Shown piece after piece: positions 19,801 to 28,825 of a stretch of 52,465 bases of DNA. The position numbers and the translations under genes were made by a program. The notes under the pieces are model-generated. The model did not search any database and was not told where the DNA came from. It worked only from the letters and a program-made list of their open reading frames with translations. The stretch comes from Bacteroidales bacterium (lineage in GTDB: Bacteria; Bacteroidota; Bacteroidia; Bacteroidales; GWF2-35-48), in NCBI GenBank assembly GCA_036171035.1, contig JAVHQG010000140.1, positions 1-52,465 of the forward strand, read 5' to 3'. How positions within the stretch are numbered: the first letter of the stretch is position 1; every line of letters begins with the position of its first letter.

Positions 19801-21177
19801 AAATGAACCACAGCCGGAGGAGCAGGCTTCGTTGATTTCAAGATTATTGATGCTGTTGTTGTTTATAAAAATTGCTTTCATATCCTGACCACCAATGTCA
19901 AGCACAAAAGATACTTTTTTGTCAAATTTTTTCGCAGCAGTGTAATGAGCAATGGTTTCAACAATACCATGATCGATTCCAAAAGCAGCTTTAATAAGGT
20001 CTTCACCGTATCCGGTTACCGTACATTGAGCAATTTTTATTTTTTTTCTATTTTCAAAAAGTAGGGCGGCAAATTCTTTTAATCCATGTGTTACAGCATC
20101 AAGAGGATTGCCCTTGTTATTGTTGTAATGGCTAAAAATGATTCGTCCTTTTTCATCAGTTACAATTATTTTTGTTGTTGTTGAGCCTGAGTCAATGCCT
20201 ATAAAACAGATGTCAGACGTTAATTTATCAATTGCAATACGTTCTACTTTGTTTGCTGTATTTTTTTCTCTCCATTCGGCTAGTTCTTCTTTGCTTTTGA
20301 AAAGTGGATCGAGTCTGTAAGAATAATTTGAAACAACTTTTTGTTTATCAATGAGCAAATCCTGCATTTCGAGTAAAGTCATTGAGAGTCTTTCGCTGTT
20401 ATCTGCCAGAGCGGCTCCCATTGCAGGGATAAGCTCAGGACGTAAAGGAACCACAATGTCTTGTTCTGATATTTTAAGTGTGTGCATAAATGATAGCCGT
20501 AAGCTTTTGATAAAACTAAACGGACCACCCGTGAACATTACTTTTGGTGCAATATCAAAACCTCGGGCAAGTGTATTCATTGATTGCACAGCTACCGCAT
20601 GAAAAACTGATGCTGCAATATTGGCTTTTGAGATTTTTCTTGAGATTAAGTTTTGCACATCTGTTTTTGCAAACACACCGCAACGTGAAGCAATGGGATA
20701 TAGCTGTTCTGCTTTTGCAGCATATGAGTCAAGCTCTTCTACATGCACATTTAACAATGTTGCCATTTGATCAATAAATGCACCTGTGCCACCTGCGCAA
20801 CTCCCGTTCATTCTAATGTCCGGTTGTTTATCGCTATAGAAAAATATCATTTTGGAGTCTTCGCCACCAAGGTCAATAAGAGTTTTTACATGTGGATATT
20901 TTAACCGCACAACTTCTGCAGAAGCAACAACTTCCTGAATGAAGGGAATATCGGTTTTTTCAGCGATACCAAGTCCTGCGGAACCAGTAATCATCAGGCT
21001 TATATGGGCATTGCCAAGCGATTCCTGTGCTTCGCTAAAAATAGATGAAAGTGTTTTGACGATTTCTGTATTATGCCTTCTGTATATTGAAAATATTATT
21101 TTTGATTTTTCATCAATGAATACAACTTTTGCTGTTGTTGATCCTACATCTATTCCTACTTTGTAATTTTTTGTCAT
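16837..21177 (-). CDS. Acyl-CoA dehydratase activase-related fusion protein: two BcrAD/BadFG/HgdC-type ATPase domains plus DUF2229/HgdB-like domains
   Basis: Two ASKHA ATPase modules (VGIDVGSTTAKVVF and IGIDSGSTTTKIIV). Each has the cluster-bridging Cys contexts (NGSCAGGTGAF / ASRCGVFA and NEACSSGCGSF / GTRCTVFM). The C-terminal two thirds carry dehydratase-component-like motifs (NICFPAKLAHGH, NSFGCGPDAY, QTGGQCRATNY, LQPFGCIANH). Confidence 0.85.
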   Translation of the reverse strand: MTKNYKVGIDVGSTTAKVVFIDEKSKIIFSIYRRHNTEIVKTLSSIFSEAQESLGNAHISLMITGSAGLGIAEKTDIPFIQEVVASAEVVRLKYPHVKTLIDLGGEDSKMIFFYSDKQPDIRMNGSCAGGTGAFIDQMATLLNVHVEELDSYAAKAEQLYPIASRCGVFAKTDVQNLISRKISKANIAASVFHAVAVQSMNTLARGFDIAPKVMFTGGPFSFIKSLRLSFMHTLKISEQDIVVPLRPELIPAMGAALADNSERLSMTLLEMQDLLIDKQKVVSNYSYRLDPLFKSKEELAEWREKNTANKVERIAIDKLTSDICFIGIDSGSTTTKIIVTDEKGRIIFSHYNNNKGNPLDAVTHGLKEFAALLFENRKKIKIAQCTVTGYGEDLIKAAFGIDHGIVETIAHYTAAKKFDKKVSFVLDIGGQDMKAIFINNNSINNLEINEACSSGCGSFIEGFANTLNYKVSDFAQVACDAQRPCELGTRCTVFMNSKVKQSLREGAKVEDISAGLSYSVVKNCLFKVLKIKDMSVLGDNIVVQGGTFKNPSVHRALEVLTGKKVSCSDIPELMGAYGAALHATTMYNKNYNESSFVGLDYLENINNYETNIVRCSACENNCAVTRFKFPSGNKYFSGNNCEKVFTNKGSAKEKGFNIYDFKYDLLFNRKTSVTDKPMLTIGIPRILNMYENFPFWNTLLTESGINVKLSDTSTVDIYEKGLGSVMSDNICFPAKLAHGHIINLIEKKVDRIFFPMVMIESKEQKNAVNSYNCPVVSSYSEVLKSAINPKEKYGIPLDAPTIVFNDEILLKKACFEYLKPLGVSKNTFNKAFISAISEKKKFQLTLRNKAYEIIEKAYLNNKLVVLLSGRPYHADPLIQHKTAQILTDLGADVINESIAYEEGGSTFDEIHTVTQWSYPNRILKAAQWVANQKNANIHFVQLNSFGCGPDAYLIDETTEILRSKGKNHTLIKIDEISSTGSVRLRLRSFIESLKLKSKAPVVEKKRKTTPVYTKNDVKKTILGPHFSDIYSPFIPSLFTILDYNYVNLPIPDNAAVTEGLKYANNEICYPATLIVGNIVSALKSGKYDLKNTVVGITQTGGQCRATNYISLIKKAMVAAGFDNIPVISIASGDGLINAQPGFELDWKKVMKATLMSTLFADGLAKMYYTTVTKEKIKGTSKKMLDKYISEVQEYIKTRNTSKVRTLLKDAVIEFNKIEVKDINVPRVGIVGEIYVKYNAFGNMNVVNWLIEQGIEVVVPPLIDFMIQGFVNVRVNKKLNIERKGMSMYAYFIEKYANYHIRQTEKIMTGFRYNYPHDNILHEAVKAEKIMSLANQFGEGWLIPAEISSFAEMGVQNVVSLQPFGCIANHIISKGVEKKIKTLFPNMSLLFLDFDSGSSEVNVHNRLYFMIKSAKNDEQTESTKATHHEAAVEVSPEVVTEIVPVSI

Positions 21178-21224
21178 GAGTGATTTTTTACTGATTTAAA
21201 ATGCTCTGTTTTTATGGGCTTTCT

Positions 21225-21845
21225 TTAAATTTTTTTCATGAAATTAATAATCATTCCAGAGATGATTTTCTTCCGTTCTTGTATAAATTTCTGAAAGATT
21301 TTTTCATTATTATTGAAAAGATATTCGTCTAAAAGTGGCTTTGAAAGGAATGGAAAAACGCACATTCCTATAAGATCAATTACAAAATGTTCAATAGGGA
21401 AATTGCGAAGAATTCCTGCCTGTTTTTCCATTTCAATTTGGATTAATAGTTTATCTAATTTAATTCCTTTTGTGTTAATGATATTAAATACAGATTGGGG
21501 ATCACGGGACATCTCGTGTACTATTAAATTTGGTAAAAGTGGGTTTTCTGATAAAACATTCAGATAGTTTTCTACAAACATTTCTACCTTTTGAAACATT
21601 GGAATAGGCATCTCAATGATTTCGTTGAATTTTGGAGTAATTCTGGTTAGCGATTCAGCAAAAATGATTATAAAAAGTTTTTCTTTATTGCGAAAATAAT
21701 AGTGAAGCGAAGTACGGCAAATGTGTGCTTCATCTGCAATTTCTTGCATGGTTGCCCCGTCCATCCCTTTACGAAAAAAAACAGCTTTTGCTGCCTCTCT
21801 GATTTTTATTTCAACATCTTGTTCCCCTAGTGTTTCTATATCCAT
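21225..21845 (-). CDS. TetR/AcrR-family transcriptional regulator
   Basis: N-terminal HTH: AAKAVFFRKGMDGATMQEIADEAHICRTSLHYYFRNKEKLF. 206 aa. It lies 47 nt upstream of the activase-fusion gene on the same strand. Confidence 0.85.
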   Translation of the reverse strand: MDIETLGEQDVEIKIREAAKAVFFRKGMDGATMQEIADEAHICRTSLHYYFRNKEKLFIIIFAESLTRITPKFNEIIEMPIPMFQKVEMFVENYLNVLSENPLLPNLIVHEMSRDPQSVFNIINTKGIKLDKLLIQIEMEKQAGILRNFPIEHFVIDLIGMCVFPFLSKPLLDEYLFNNNEKIFQKFIQERKKIISGMIINFMKKI

Positions 21846-21916
21846 AATTTGTAAATAATTTTAATGTAAGTTAGTGTCTTATTGTTTGTGTTAAACATTA
21901 TTGTTTTACACTTTAG

Positions 21917-21934
21917 TTTGACAAAAGTGTCAAA
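21917..21934. promoter_or_regulatory. Candidate operator palindrome TTTGACA-N4-TGTCAAA in the tetR/corA divergent intergenic region
   Basis: Perfect 7-bp inverted arms with a 4-nt spacer, 72-89 nt upstream of the TetR start. A second overlapping dyad, ACACTTT-N9-AAAGTGT, lies just to its left. Confidence 0.35.
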
Positions 21935-22072
21935 AGTATAAAAAGAAATTAAATCTCAAAAAAAAATTGCTGTATATTGCGTTTTTTTAGCATTTAAGAA
22001 TCTTCAAAAAAATAATGGATTTGGTTCTCGAATGTGTTTATGTTCACGATTCAACATATAGATTGTAAGAAT

Positions 22073-23137
22073 ATGCAAAACAGAAAAAAACGCTTTGCCC
22101 TAAAAGTAGGCTATCCTCCCGAAAGCCTTATTTATACCGGGGATGTTATATTAGAACCAAACATTATGCGTTTGGTTAGTTACAATGAACAGGATTGTGA
22201 ATCGTTTACAAGTGTAGATATAAATCAAATATTTAAAGAATTTAAGCAGGATAGGATAAATTGGATTAGCATCAGTAGTCTCCATAATACGGGGCTTGTG
22301 GAGCAGATTGGTAAATATTTTGACATTCATTCTTTGATGCTCGAAGATGTGCTTAACAGTGAACAGTTTCCGAAACTTGAAGAAACAAAACAGCACCTTA
22401 TTCTTACATTGAAACATATGTATTTTAAACAAGATGGAACACAAGTTGCACAATCGCATATCAGCTTGATTTTAGGGAAAAATTATATTATCACATTTTC
22501 AGAAGGGGAACAAGATATTTTCAAGAATATTCGTGAGAATATATTATCAGGTAAGGGGAAACTCAGGAGTCGCAGTGCAGATTTCCTTTTTTATTTTATT
22601 CTTGATGCCATTGTCGATAGTTACTATTTGATATTTGAACAGTTGCAAGATCAGATTGAAGCACTTGAAGACAGGTTGCTTTCAAATCGTTCGTATAATT
22701 TTATTAACGAAATTCATGCAATGAAAAAATTGCTTTCATCAACGCGGAAAACCATTAATCCATTGTTGGAAGCTACCAATAAACTTACACATGAAGATGT
22801 GCTATATATTGATTCTTCCAGTATCCCTTATATGAAAGATGTAGCCGATCATGTTTTTCATCTTACTGATATTTATGAAACTTGCCGTGATATGCTAACC
22901 GGACAGATCGATCTCAATATGTCGAATCAAAATAATAACCTGAACAATGTGATTAAAACGCTTACAATCGTTTCGACGATATTTATTCCCCTTACATTTT
23001 TGGTGGGTGTGTATGGAATGAATTTTAAATTTATGCCTGAATTGGAGTGGAAGTGGGGCTATCCTTCTGTGGTGATTTTTATGGTTGCAGTATCCATAAC
23101 AATGATTATTGTGATGAAAAATAAAAAATGGTTTTGA
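22073..23137 (+). CDS. corA: Magnesium/cobalt transporter CorA
   Basis: C-terminal signature VGVYGMNFKFMPEL followed by the final TM helix. The start is placed at the ATG at 22073 (MQNRKKRF...) rather than the upstream GTG of the track ORF. Confidence 0.9.
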   Translation: MQNRKKRFALKVGYPPESLIYTGDVILEPNIMRLVSYNEQDCESFTSVDINQIFKEFKQDRINWISISSLHNTGLVEQIGKYFDIHSLMLEDVLNSEQFPKLEETKQHLILTLKHMYFKQDGTQVAQSHISLILGKNYIITFSEGEQDIFKNIRENILSGKGKLRSRSADFLFYFILDAIVDSYYLIFEQLQDQIEALEDRLLSNRSYNFINEIHAMKKLLSSTRKTINPLLEATNKLTHEDVLYIDSSSIPYMKDVADHVFHLTDIYETCRDMLTGQIDLNMSNQNNNLNNVIKTLTIVSTIFIPLTFLVGVYGMNFKFMPELEWKWGYPSVVIFMVAVSITMIIVMKNKKWF

Positions 23138-23145
23138 TGATTTTG

Positions 23146-23724
23146 TTATTTGAATCGAAAATTAATTCCTGCTGAAAGCCACAATACATGTGTCTCTAAT
23201 TCTGCAAAAAATGCAACATGTTTAGTGAAATAATATCTGTATCCGGCATATAAAGCAAATTTGAATCCATCTGTTGCATCGTTTGTTGGGATTGTTGTAA
23301 TTGAACCGTACTTCGACATGTCGTTATATTTATACCAAACAATAAATCCACCGTAAACATCAAACTTTTTCTTTACGTAGATGTGATATGACGGTCTGAT
23401 TCCTATATTCCATTTATGATAGATAACGCCTTCAAATTTATTTGAATCTCTACCGGTTGTATATTGTGTTTTTGCTTTTTGTAAATTTATTACTACACCA
23501 ATTCCTATTGCTTGTCGCATAAGTCCTATGCTGTCAACAACACACATATCAAATGTTAGCGAAGCAGGTGGTAGCATTATTTTCCATTGTTCTCCATTGT
23601 AAAGGCTGGTAAAATAGCCAGAACCAAGTCCAATCACTTTATCTCCGCCATTAAATGATATGTTTTGCGCAAAGGCAGGAATCACAACGATCAGTAGAAT
23701 AAATGTGTGTAAAATTTTTTTCAT
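23146..23724 (-). CDS. Small outer-membrane beta-barrel (porin-family-like) protein
   Basis: Signal peptide MKKILHTFILLIVVIPAFAQ. It has alternating aromatic and hydrophilic beta-strand patterns and an aromatic-rich C-terminus (AGINFRFK). Confidence 0.6.
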   Translation of the reverse strand: MKKILHTFILLIVVIPAFAQNISFNGGDKVIGLGSGYFTSLYNGEQWKIMLPPASLTFDMCVVDSIGLMRQAIGIGVVINLQKAKTQYTTGRDSNKFEGVIYHKWNIGIRPSYHIYVKKKFDVYGGFIVWYKYNDMSKYGSITTIPTNDATDGFKFALYAGYRYYFTKHVAFFAELETHVLWLSAGINFRFK

Positions 23725-23743
23725 GACGATTTTTTTAAAATTT

Positions 23744-24466
23744 CTACAGCCTTTTTTTGGGAACTGTAGCTACAAAATCTTTTAAATAAAATGGTTCAAA
23801 ATAGGCTATATTTTCAAATTTTTTTTGTTCGAAGTAAGTGTTGCTAAGGTTGGTCATGAGAAGTGCAGACGATTCAATATTCGATAGAAAAATTGCATTT
23901 GGATTTGTGATGATGTTGCGAAACTTTTCTGCACCATTTCCAAAGAAAATAAGGGTTGAGACAGCTAGTTGTTCGGCGTAAGAGTTTTCGTTGAGAATTT
24001 CTGCTTTTATTTCAGAAGCCTGATTCAGATTAAAATCATACAATGCGGTATATACCTCCATTCTACGTGCATCAATCATTGGGCATAGCAGAACCTGTTT
24101 TTTGTTTTCAATAATTTTTTTTGTATCTGCTTTTTGTAAAGCTCCATAAACTAAACTTTCAAGTGTACAAATCCCAATTAATGATTTTCGTGCACCATAG
24201 CAAAGTCCTTTGGCTACTGATACTCCAATTCGTAGCCCTGTGTAGGAACCGGGACCTTTACTTACAGAAACAGCATCTAAGGATTTGTATGAATGCCCTG
24301 TGTCTGTCATTATTTTATCAATAAAAACAGTAAGGTTGGCAGAATGGTCGTTATCACCAGAGCTGGCAGCATATCCTATTATTTGATTCCCATTGCATAA
24401 AGCAACGGAACAAATTTTTGATGATGTTTCTATGTTTAGAATTAGAGCCACATTATTTTTCTTCAA
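23744..24466 (-). CDS. tsaB: tRNA t6A37 threonylcarbamoyltransferase complex subunit TsaB
   Basis: ILNIETSSKICSVAL and VSKGPGSYTGLRIGVSVAKGL are TsaB/YeaZ hallmarks. 240 aa. Its start overlaps the stop of the upstream adaptor gene by 14 nt. Confidence 0.85.
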   Translation of the reverse strand: MKKNNVALILNIETSSKICSVALCNGNQIIGYAASSGDNDHSANLTVFIDKIMTDTGHSYKSLDAVSVSKGPGSYTGLRIGVSVAKGLCYGARKSLIGICTLESLVYGALQKADTKKIIENKKQVLLCPMIDARRMEVYTALYDFNLNQASEIKAEILNENSYAEQLAVSTLIFFGNGAEKFRNIITNPNAIFLSNIESSALLMTNLSNTYFEQKKFENIAYFEPFYLKDFVATVPKKRL

Positions 24467-25769
24467 ACAGAAATTTTTTATCTGTTTTTGTAACCATCAT
24501 GCTGTCGCGCAATTTTTTTGATATAGAGCCATATGGGGCAGTAATAACCTCATCTGAAAGGATTAATCCATTTGTGATTTCGATATATTTATTGTCTTGA
24601 ATTCCTGTTTTTACTTCACGTTGAAATGCTCGACCATCTTTATAAATAAATACTATTTCTTTTATTTTTTCGCTTGAAACAGATTCTTTTTTACCTTTAT
24701 TTTTCAGTGAATCAAGTCTGGTCGTAACTGCTTCAATAGGAACAGCAAGTACATCAAAAACTTGTTTGGTTTGAATGTCCACTGTTGCAGACATGCCGGG
24801 TCTGAACGGATATTGTTTTCCACTGCCGGTGGCAATTAAATTTTTGTATGAATCGGGTAAAATTCTGACTTTAACATCAAAGTTGGTAATTTGGTCTGTT
24901 GCAACGCCTAGTGTATTTGCAGAATTCGATACTTCAGTAACTATGCCTTTGAATTTTTGATTCAAATACGCATCTACTTCAATAAGTGCTGTATCACCCA
25001 TTTTCACACGGACTATATCATTTTCGTTTACTTCAACTTTCACTTCCATTAGGTTTAGATTTGCAATTCGGAGCATTTCTGTTCCAGCCATCTGAATGGT
25101 TCCAACTACACGTTCACCTTTTTCAATATTTAGTTTGGATACGGTGCCGTCAATCGGAGCAAAAATGCTTGTTTTTGTAAGATTTTCATCTGCTTCTTTT
25201 AGTGAGGCTTCGGCACTGTTCACGGCGAATTCGGCTGCTTTAACATTTTGAATGGTGGCATCAACATCGGCTTTTCCCATGTCGAATTGGGCTTTTGCAT
25301 TTTCATATTCAGCTTGAGAAATGGCTCCTTTATCGAATAGTCCTTTGCTTCGTTTGAATGATATTTCTGTTTGATTAAATTGTGCCTGAACCTGAGCTAA
25401 ACGGGCTTTTGAATTATCAAGGTTTGCTTTAGATGAATTTAATGCAGCCTTTACTCTGTCGAAGTTTGATATATAGATATCAGGTTTTATTTTTAAAAGT
25501 AAATCACCTTGTTTTACTTCATCACCTTCTTTTACATATAAATCAACAATTTCACCTGAAATTTCAGGACTGATTTTAATTTCTTTTTCAGGTTGAACTT
25601 TCCCGTTTGCAGTTATGGTCTCAATAATTGAATGTTTTTTTATTGCTTCAGTACTAACTTTATAAATTAGCCCTTTACCAAACCAGCCAGAGCGCTTTCC
25701 AATAACAGCAACCAAAATGCAAATAATGGTTAGAATCAGAAAAATTTTAAATATCTTTTTTGTCTTCAT
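24453..25769 (-). CDS. Efflux periplasmic adaptor subunit (HlyD/MacA-like membrane fusion protein)
   Basis: N-terminal membrane anchor, a lipoyl-like motif (SGEIVDLYVKEGDEVKQGDLLLKI), a long alpha-hairpin (...AQVQAQFNQTE...) and a beta-barrel domain (IFAPIDGTVSKLNIEKGERV). Confidence 0.85.
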   Translation of the reverse strand: MKTKKIFKIFLILTIICILVAVIGKRSGWFGKGLIYKVSTEAIKKHSIIETITANGKVQPEKEIKISPEISGEIVDLYVKEGDEVKQGDLLLKIKPDIYISNFDRVKAALNSSKANLDNSKARLAQVQAQFNQTEISFKRSKGLFDKGAISQAEYENAKAQFDMGKADVDATIQNVKAAEFAVNSAEASLKEADENLTKTSIFAPIDGTVSKLNIEKGERVVGTIQMAGTEMLRIANLNLMEVKVEVNENDIVRVKMGDTALIEVDAYLNQKFKGIVTEVSNSANTLGVATDQITNFDVKVRILPDSYKNLIATGSGKQYPFRPGMSATVDIQTKQVFDVLAVPIEAVTTRLDSLKNKGKKESVSSEKIKEIVFIYKDGRAFQREVKTGIQDNKYIEITNGLILSDEVITAPYGSISKKLRDSMMVTKTDKKFLFEEK

Positions 25770-25775
25770 TTTTTC

Positions 25776-27254
25776 TTACATCTTAATTTGATTTCCTCTG
25801 TAAAAATCAAGTATTTTTGATTTAAAAATATATTCATATTTTGCTTGAAGCATATCTGCTTTTGCTTTAGCCAGATTGTTTTTTGCTGTGTTATAATCAA
25901 GTGTATTAATAAGCCCTACATCGAATTTTTGTTGTGTGTATTGAAATGCTTCTTCCATGGATGCAACAGCTTTTTTTGTGGCATTGAATTTTTTGATAGA
26001 AGCTACTGCATCGGCATGTGCTTGCTGAATTTCTTTGAGCAATTGTTTTTTTGTAACGTCAAGTTGATATTCTGCATTTAGCATATTAATCTTTGCATTG
26101 TTGATTCCCGTTTTAATTTGCCACCCGTTGAATATTGGGATAGTTAAATTGATAGAAAGGCTTTTACTAACGTTGTTTTTAGCCTGTTCTTTAAATGGAG
26201 TTGTTTCATATTTATAGTCGGGTATGTTTTGTGTAAATGGAACATCTGTCCCTCCAATGTTTATTGATGTAGTCTGAGGTGTATAGGTTGTGTCAGTAAT
26301 GCTTTTTCGTGCATCAGAGTAGCCTGATCCAAAAGAACCGGAGACCGTAAGCCTTGGGCTGATACCTCCTCGTGCCAGTGAAAGTCCTGCTTCTGCGCTT
26401 TTAAGGGCTGCTTCTGCACTTTTAATTTGTGGTAGGTTTTTTTCTGCTTCCAAATATACTTGTCCTGTGGTGAGTAGTGCCGCATTTATATCAAAGTTTG
26501 AAAAATCAGGTTTTAATATATCAAAATTTTCGGCTGAATCGAGATCAAGAAATTGCACCAATGTAAGGTATGCCATGTTGAGCTGGTTTTGTGTATTGAC
26601 TAGCTGTAACTCTTCTGATGCATATTGGGCTTCCACTTGCAATAAATTCCCTTTTGCAACACTTCCTGCTTCGACTAATTTTTTTGTGTGATCTACTTGT
26701 TGCTTTGTCATGTCTAGCTGGTTTGCTGCAATTTCGTCCAATTCAGCACAATATAAAATCTGTAAAAAAGCAGAAGAAATATTGAGTGCGATATCGTTTT
26801 TTGCCTTTTCAAGATTCTGCAAACTAGCTTGAAGTTCAAACTGTTTTTGCCGGATAGTATTATAGTTTTGTAAACCACTAAAAAGTGTGATGCTTGATGA
26901 TAATCCAAAATTAACTGACATGGTTTTTTCTTCTGAAAAAGAATTTGTAAATCTGTCCACAGACCGCCCCCAACTGTAGTTTTGAGCACTTTGCCCATTT
27001 AGGTTTGGCAATAGCGAAAGTTTGGACTGCTCTAAATTATTTTTTGAATATCGGCTATTTAATTCTTGTTGTTTGATTTGAATATTGTTTTTCAACGCAT
27101 AGTCAATACACTTTTCGAGTGTCCATTTCTCCTGTGCTTGGCTATAACCAAAAAGCAGTATTAGGAAAATAATTGTAGAAATAATTTTTATTTGTGTATT
27201 CAAATTCAGTTTTATTAAAAACTTTAAAATTATATAATTAGTCTGAATCTGCAA
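25776..27254 (-). CDS. TolC-family outer-membrane efflux protein
   Basis: Signal peptide ...GYSQAQ followed by WTLEKCIDYALKNN. It has two repeats of the OEP coiled-coil pattern and ends with ...ILDFYRG. The track start is TTG, so the start is uncertain. Confidence 0.85.
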   Translation of the reverse strand: MQIQTNYIILKFLIKLNLNTQIKIISTIIFLILLFGYSQAQEKWTLEKCIDYALKNNIQIKQQELNSRYSKNNLEQSKLSLLPNLNGQSAQNYSWGRSVDRFTNSFSEEKTMSVNFGLSSSITLFSGLQNYNTIRQKQFELQASLQNLEKAKNDIALNISSAFLQILYCAELDEIAANQLDMTKQQVDHTKKLVEAGSVAKGNLLQVEAQYASEELQLVNTQNQLNMAYLTLVQFLDLDSAENFDILKPDFSNFDINAALLTTGQVYLEAEKNLPQIKSAEAALKSAEAGLSLARGGISPRLTVSGSFGSGYSDARKSITDTTYTPQTTSINIGGTDVPFTQNIPDYKYETTPFKEQAKNNVSKSLSINLTIPIFNGWQIKTGINNAKINMLNAEYQLDVTKKQLLKEIQQAHADAVASIKKFNATKKAVASMEEAFQYTQQKFDVGLINTLDYNTAKNNLAKAKADMLQAKYEYIFKSKILDFYRGNQIKM

Positions 27255-27276
27255 TGAAATAAGTTAAAAACGAATT

Positions 27277-28665
27277 CTATTTTTTTGAACCAAACACATT
27301 ATATTGATTTAGCAGTACCAGTAAGTCTTTTGTGGTAAGTGGTTTCCCAATAATATATTTTTTTTTGTCTAATAAGAACATTGTTGGTGTTGCATAAATA
27401 CAGTAATCATCTGCAACTTTACTATTCCAACCTTTTAAATCTGAACAGTTGAGCCAAGTATATTTTCCTTTTGTTAAAAAGTCTGAATAAGTGTTCTTTG
27501 CTGTATCGAGAGAGAATGCAATGACCTCGAATTTTTTTTCAGTTTGTGAGTCGTAGATTGTTTTAATTTCAGGTAGCATCTGTGTACAGTGCGGACACCA
27601 GCTTGCCCAAAAAATCAAAAGTGTTAGTTCTGATTTACTGGATTCAAGTGTAACTTCATTAGTGTTTAAATCAGGCACATTAAAGGAGATTGCTTTTTTC
27701 CCGATAGTCAAATTTTGATAGCTGTCCATCCTTTTTTGTAAAGTGGTTTTTCGAGTTTCATTTTCACATTTTTCAACTTTGTAATTTGTAGAAATATGTG
27801 CCAGTACTTTATCTAGCTTGAAGTTTTCAAATCCGTTCATAAGAAAATTTAGAATAAACTCGTATGCTTTTTCATTTGTTTTTGCTTTTGGAAGTAAGAT
27901 GTCAACGGCTTCTATAAATGCTTCTTCCTGAAGTGGCGGAGGAAGTTTTTTTGCATTGAATAGTACAAGAAACGAAATTGATTTGCTGGTGAGTATATTA
28001 CTTCTGAAGAGGCTGGTATCTTTAAAATCGATATTATCCCAAAAATGATTTTGCAGAAACTGTATTTTTTCCTTGTCTCCCATGGCGGCATCAACAATCG
28101 GAGTCCTTTTTGCTTGTATTATTTTAGCTACGTATGATTCAGCGTTGTCTTTGATGATTTTTACAAGACGATTATCTCTGTCGTGTTGCAGCTTATTGTA
28201 GGTTTTTGCAGCTTCATCATAGAATTTATCATCTTTTGGATAGTATGAAATGAGTGGAATCAATAACTCAAGTTTGCGCTGTGAAGCCTCCTCCTGCTGC
28301 AAAAAATCATAAAATATTTTGTTTTCTTTGGATGATATAATTTGCATGGTTGCATCAGTGTTCCCAAATTCACATACAAGTTTTATATTTTCATTATTAA
28401 AAACAAAATCAATGGCATTATCTTTATCAATATATAATCGATACATTCCGGAATAACGATTTGTAAAAATGTAGCTGAATTTTCCTGTGCTATCAAGTTT
28501 TACAGAGTCAATTAAATTGTTTTCGTCGCCATAAAAAGTTAATAAGTAGGCTGTTTTATTCTCAGCATTTTTGATTGTGATATCTATGTTATATTTCTGG
28601 CAGTATCCGCTTAAAAGGAATGAGAAAAAAAGGATAAAAAGTGTTACAATCTTAATGTTATTCAT
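27277..28665 (-). CDS. TlpA/AhpC-like thiol-disulfide oxidoreductase with an N-terminal DUF4369-like domain
   Basis: Signal peptide. The C-terminal thioredoxin fold has the active site FWASWCPHC. Confidence 0.8.
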   Translation of the reverse strand: MNNIKIVTLFILFFSFLLSGYCQKYNIDITIKNAENKTAYLLTFYGDENNLIDSVKLDSTGKFSYIFTNRYSGMYRLYIDKDNAIDFVFNNENIKLVCEFGNTDATMQIISSKENKIFYDFLQQEEASQRKLELLIPLISYYPKDDKFYDEAAKTYNKLQHDRDNRLVKIIKDNAESYVAKIIQAKRTPIVDAAMGDKEKIQFLQNHFWDNIDFKDTSLFRSNILTSKSISFLVLFNAKKLPPPLQEEAFIEAVDILLPKAKTNEKAYEFILNFLMNGFENFKLDKVLAHISTNYKVEKCENETRKTTLQKRMDSYQNLTIGKKAISFNVPDLNTNEVTLESSKSELTLLIFWASWCPHCTQMLPEIKTIYDSQTEKKFEVIAFSLDTAKNTYSDFLTKGKYTWLNCSDLKGWNSKVADDYCIYATPTMFLLDKKKYIIGKPLTTKDLLVLLNQYNVFGSKK

Positions 28666-28825
28666 GTGTGTATTGTATTTTTTTACAAACCAACATAAAT
28701 TTTATGGATTTTAAATAAATAAAGTACAAAAAATATTTTATAAAAAAAATGGAACTCAAAATATTAAACTTCTTTTTGCATATCTCTATATTGATAATAT
28801 CTTTGACCAATTAAAATTTTAAACT

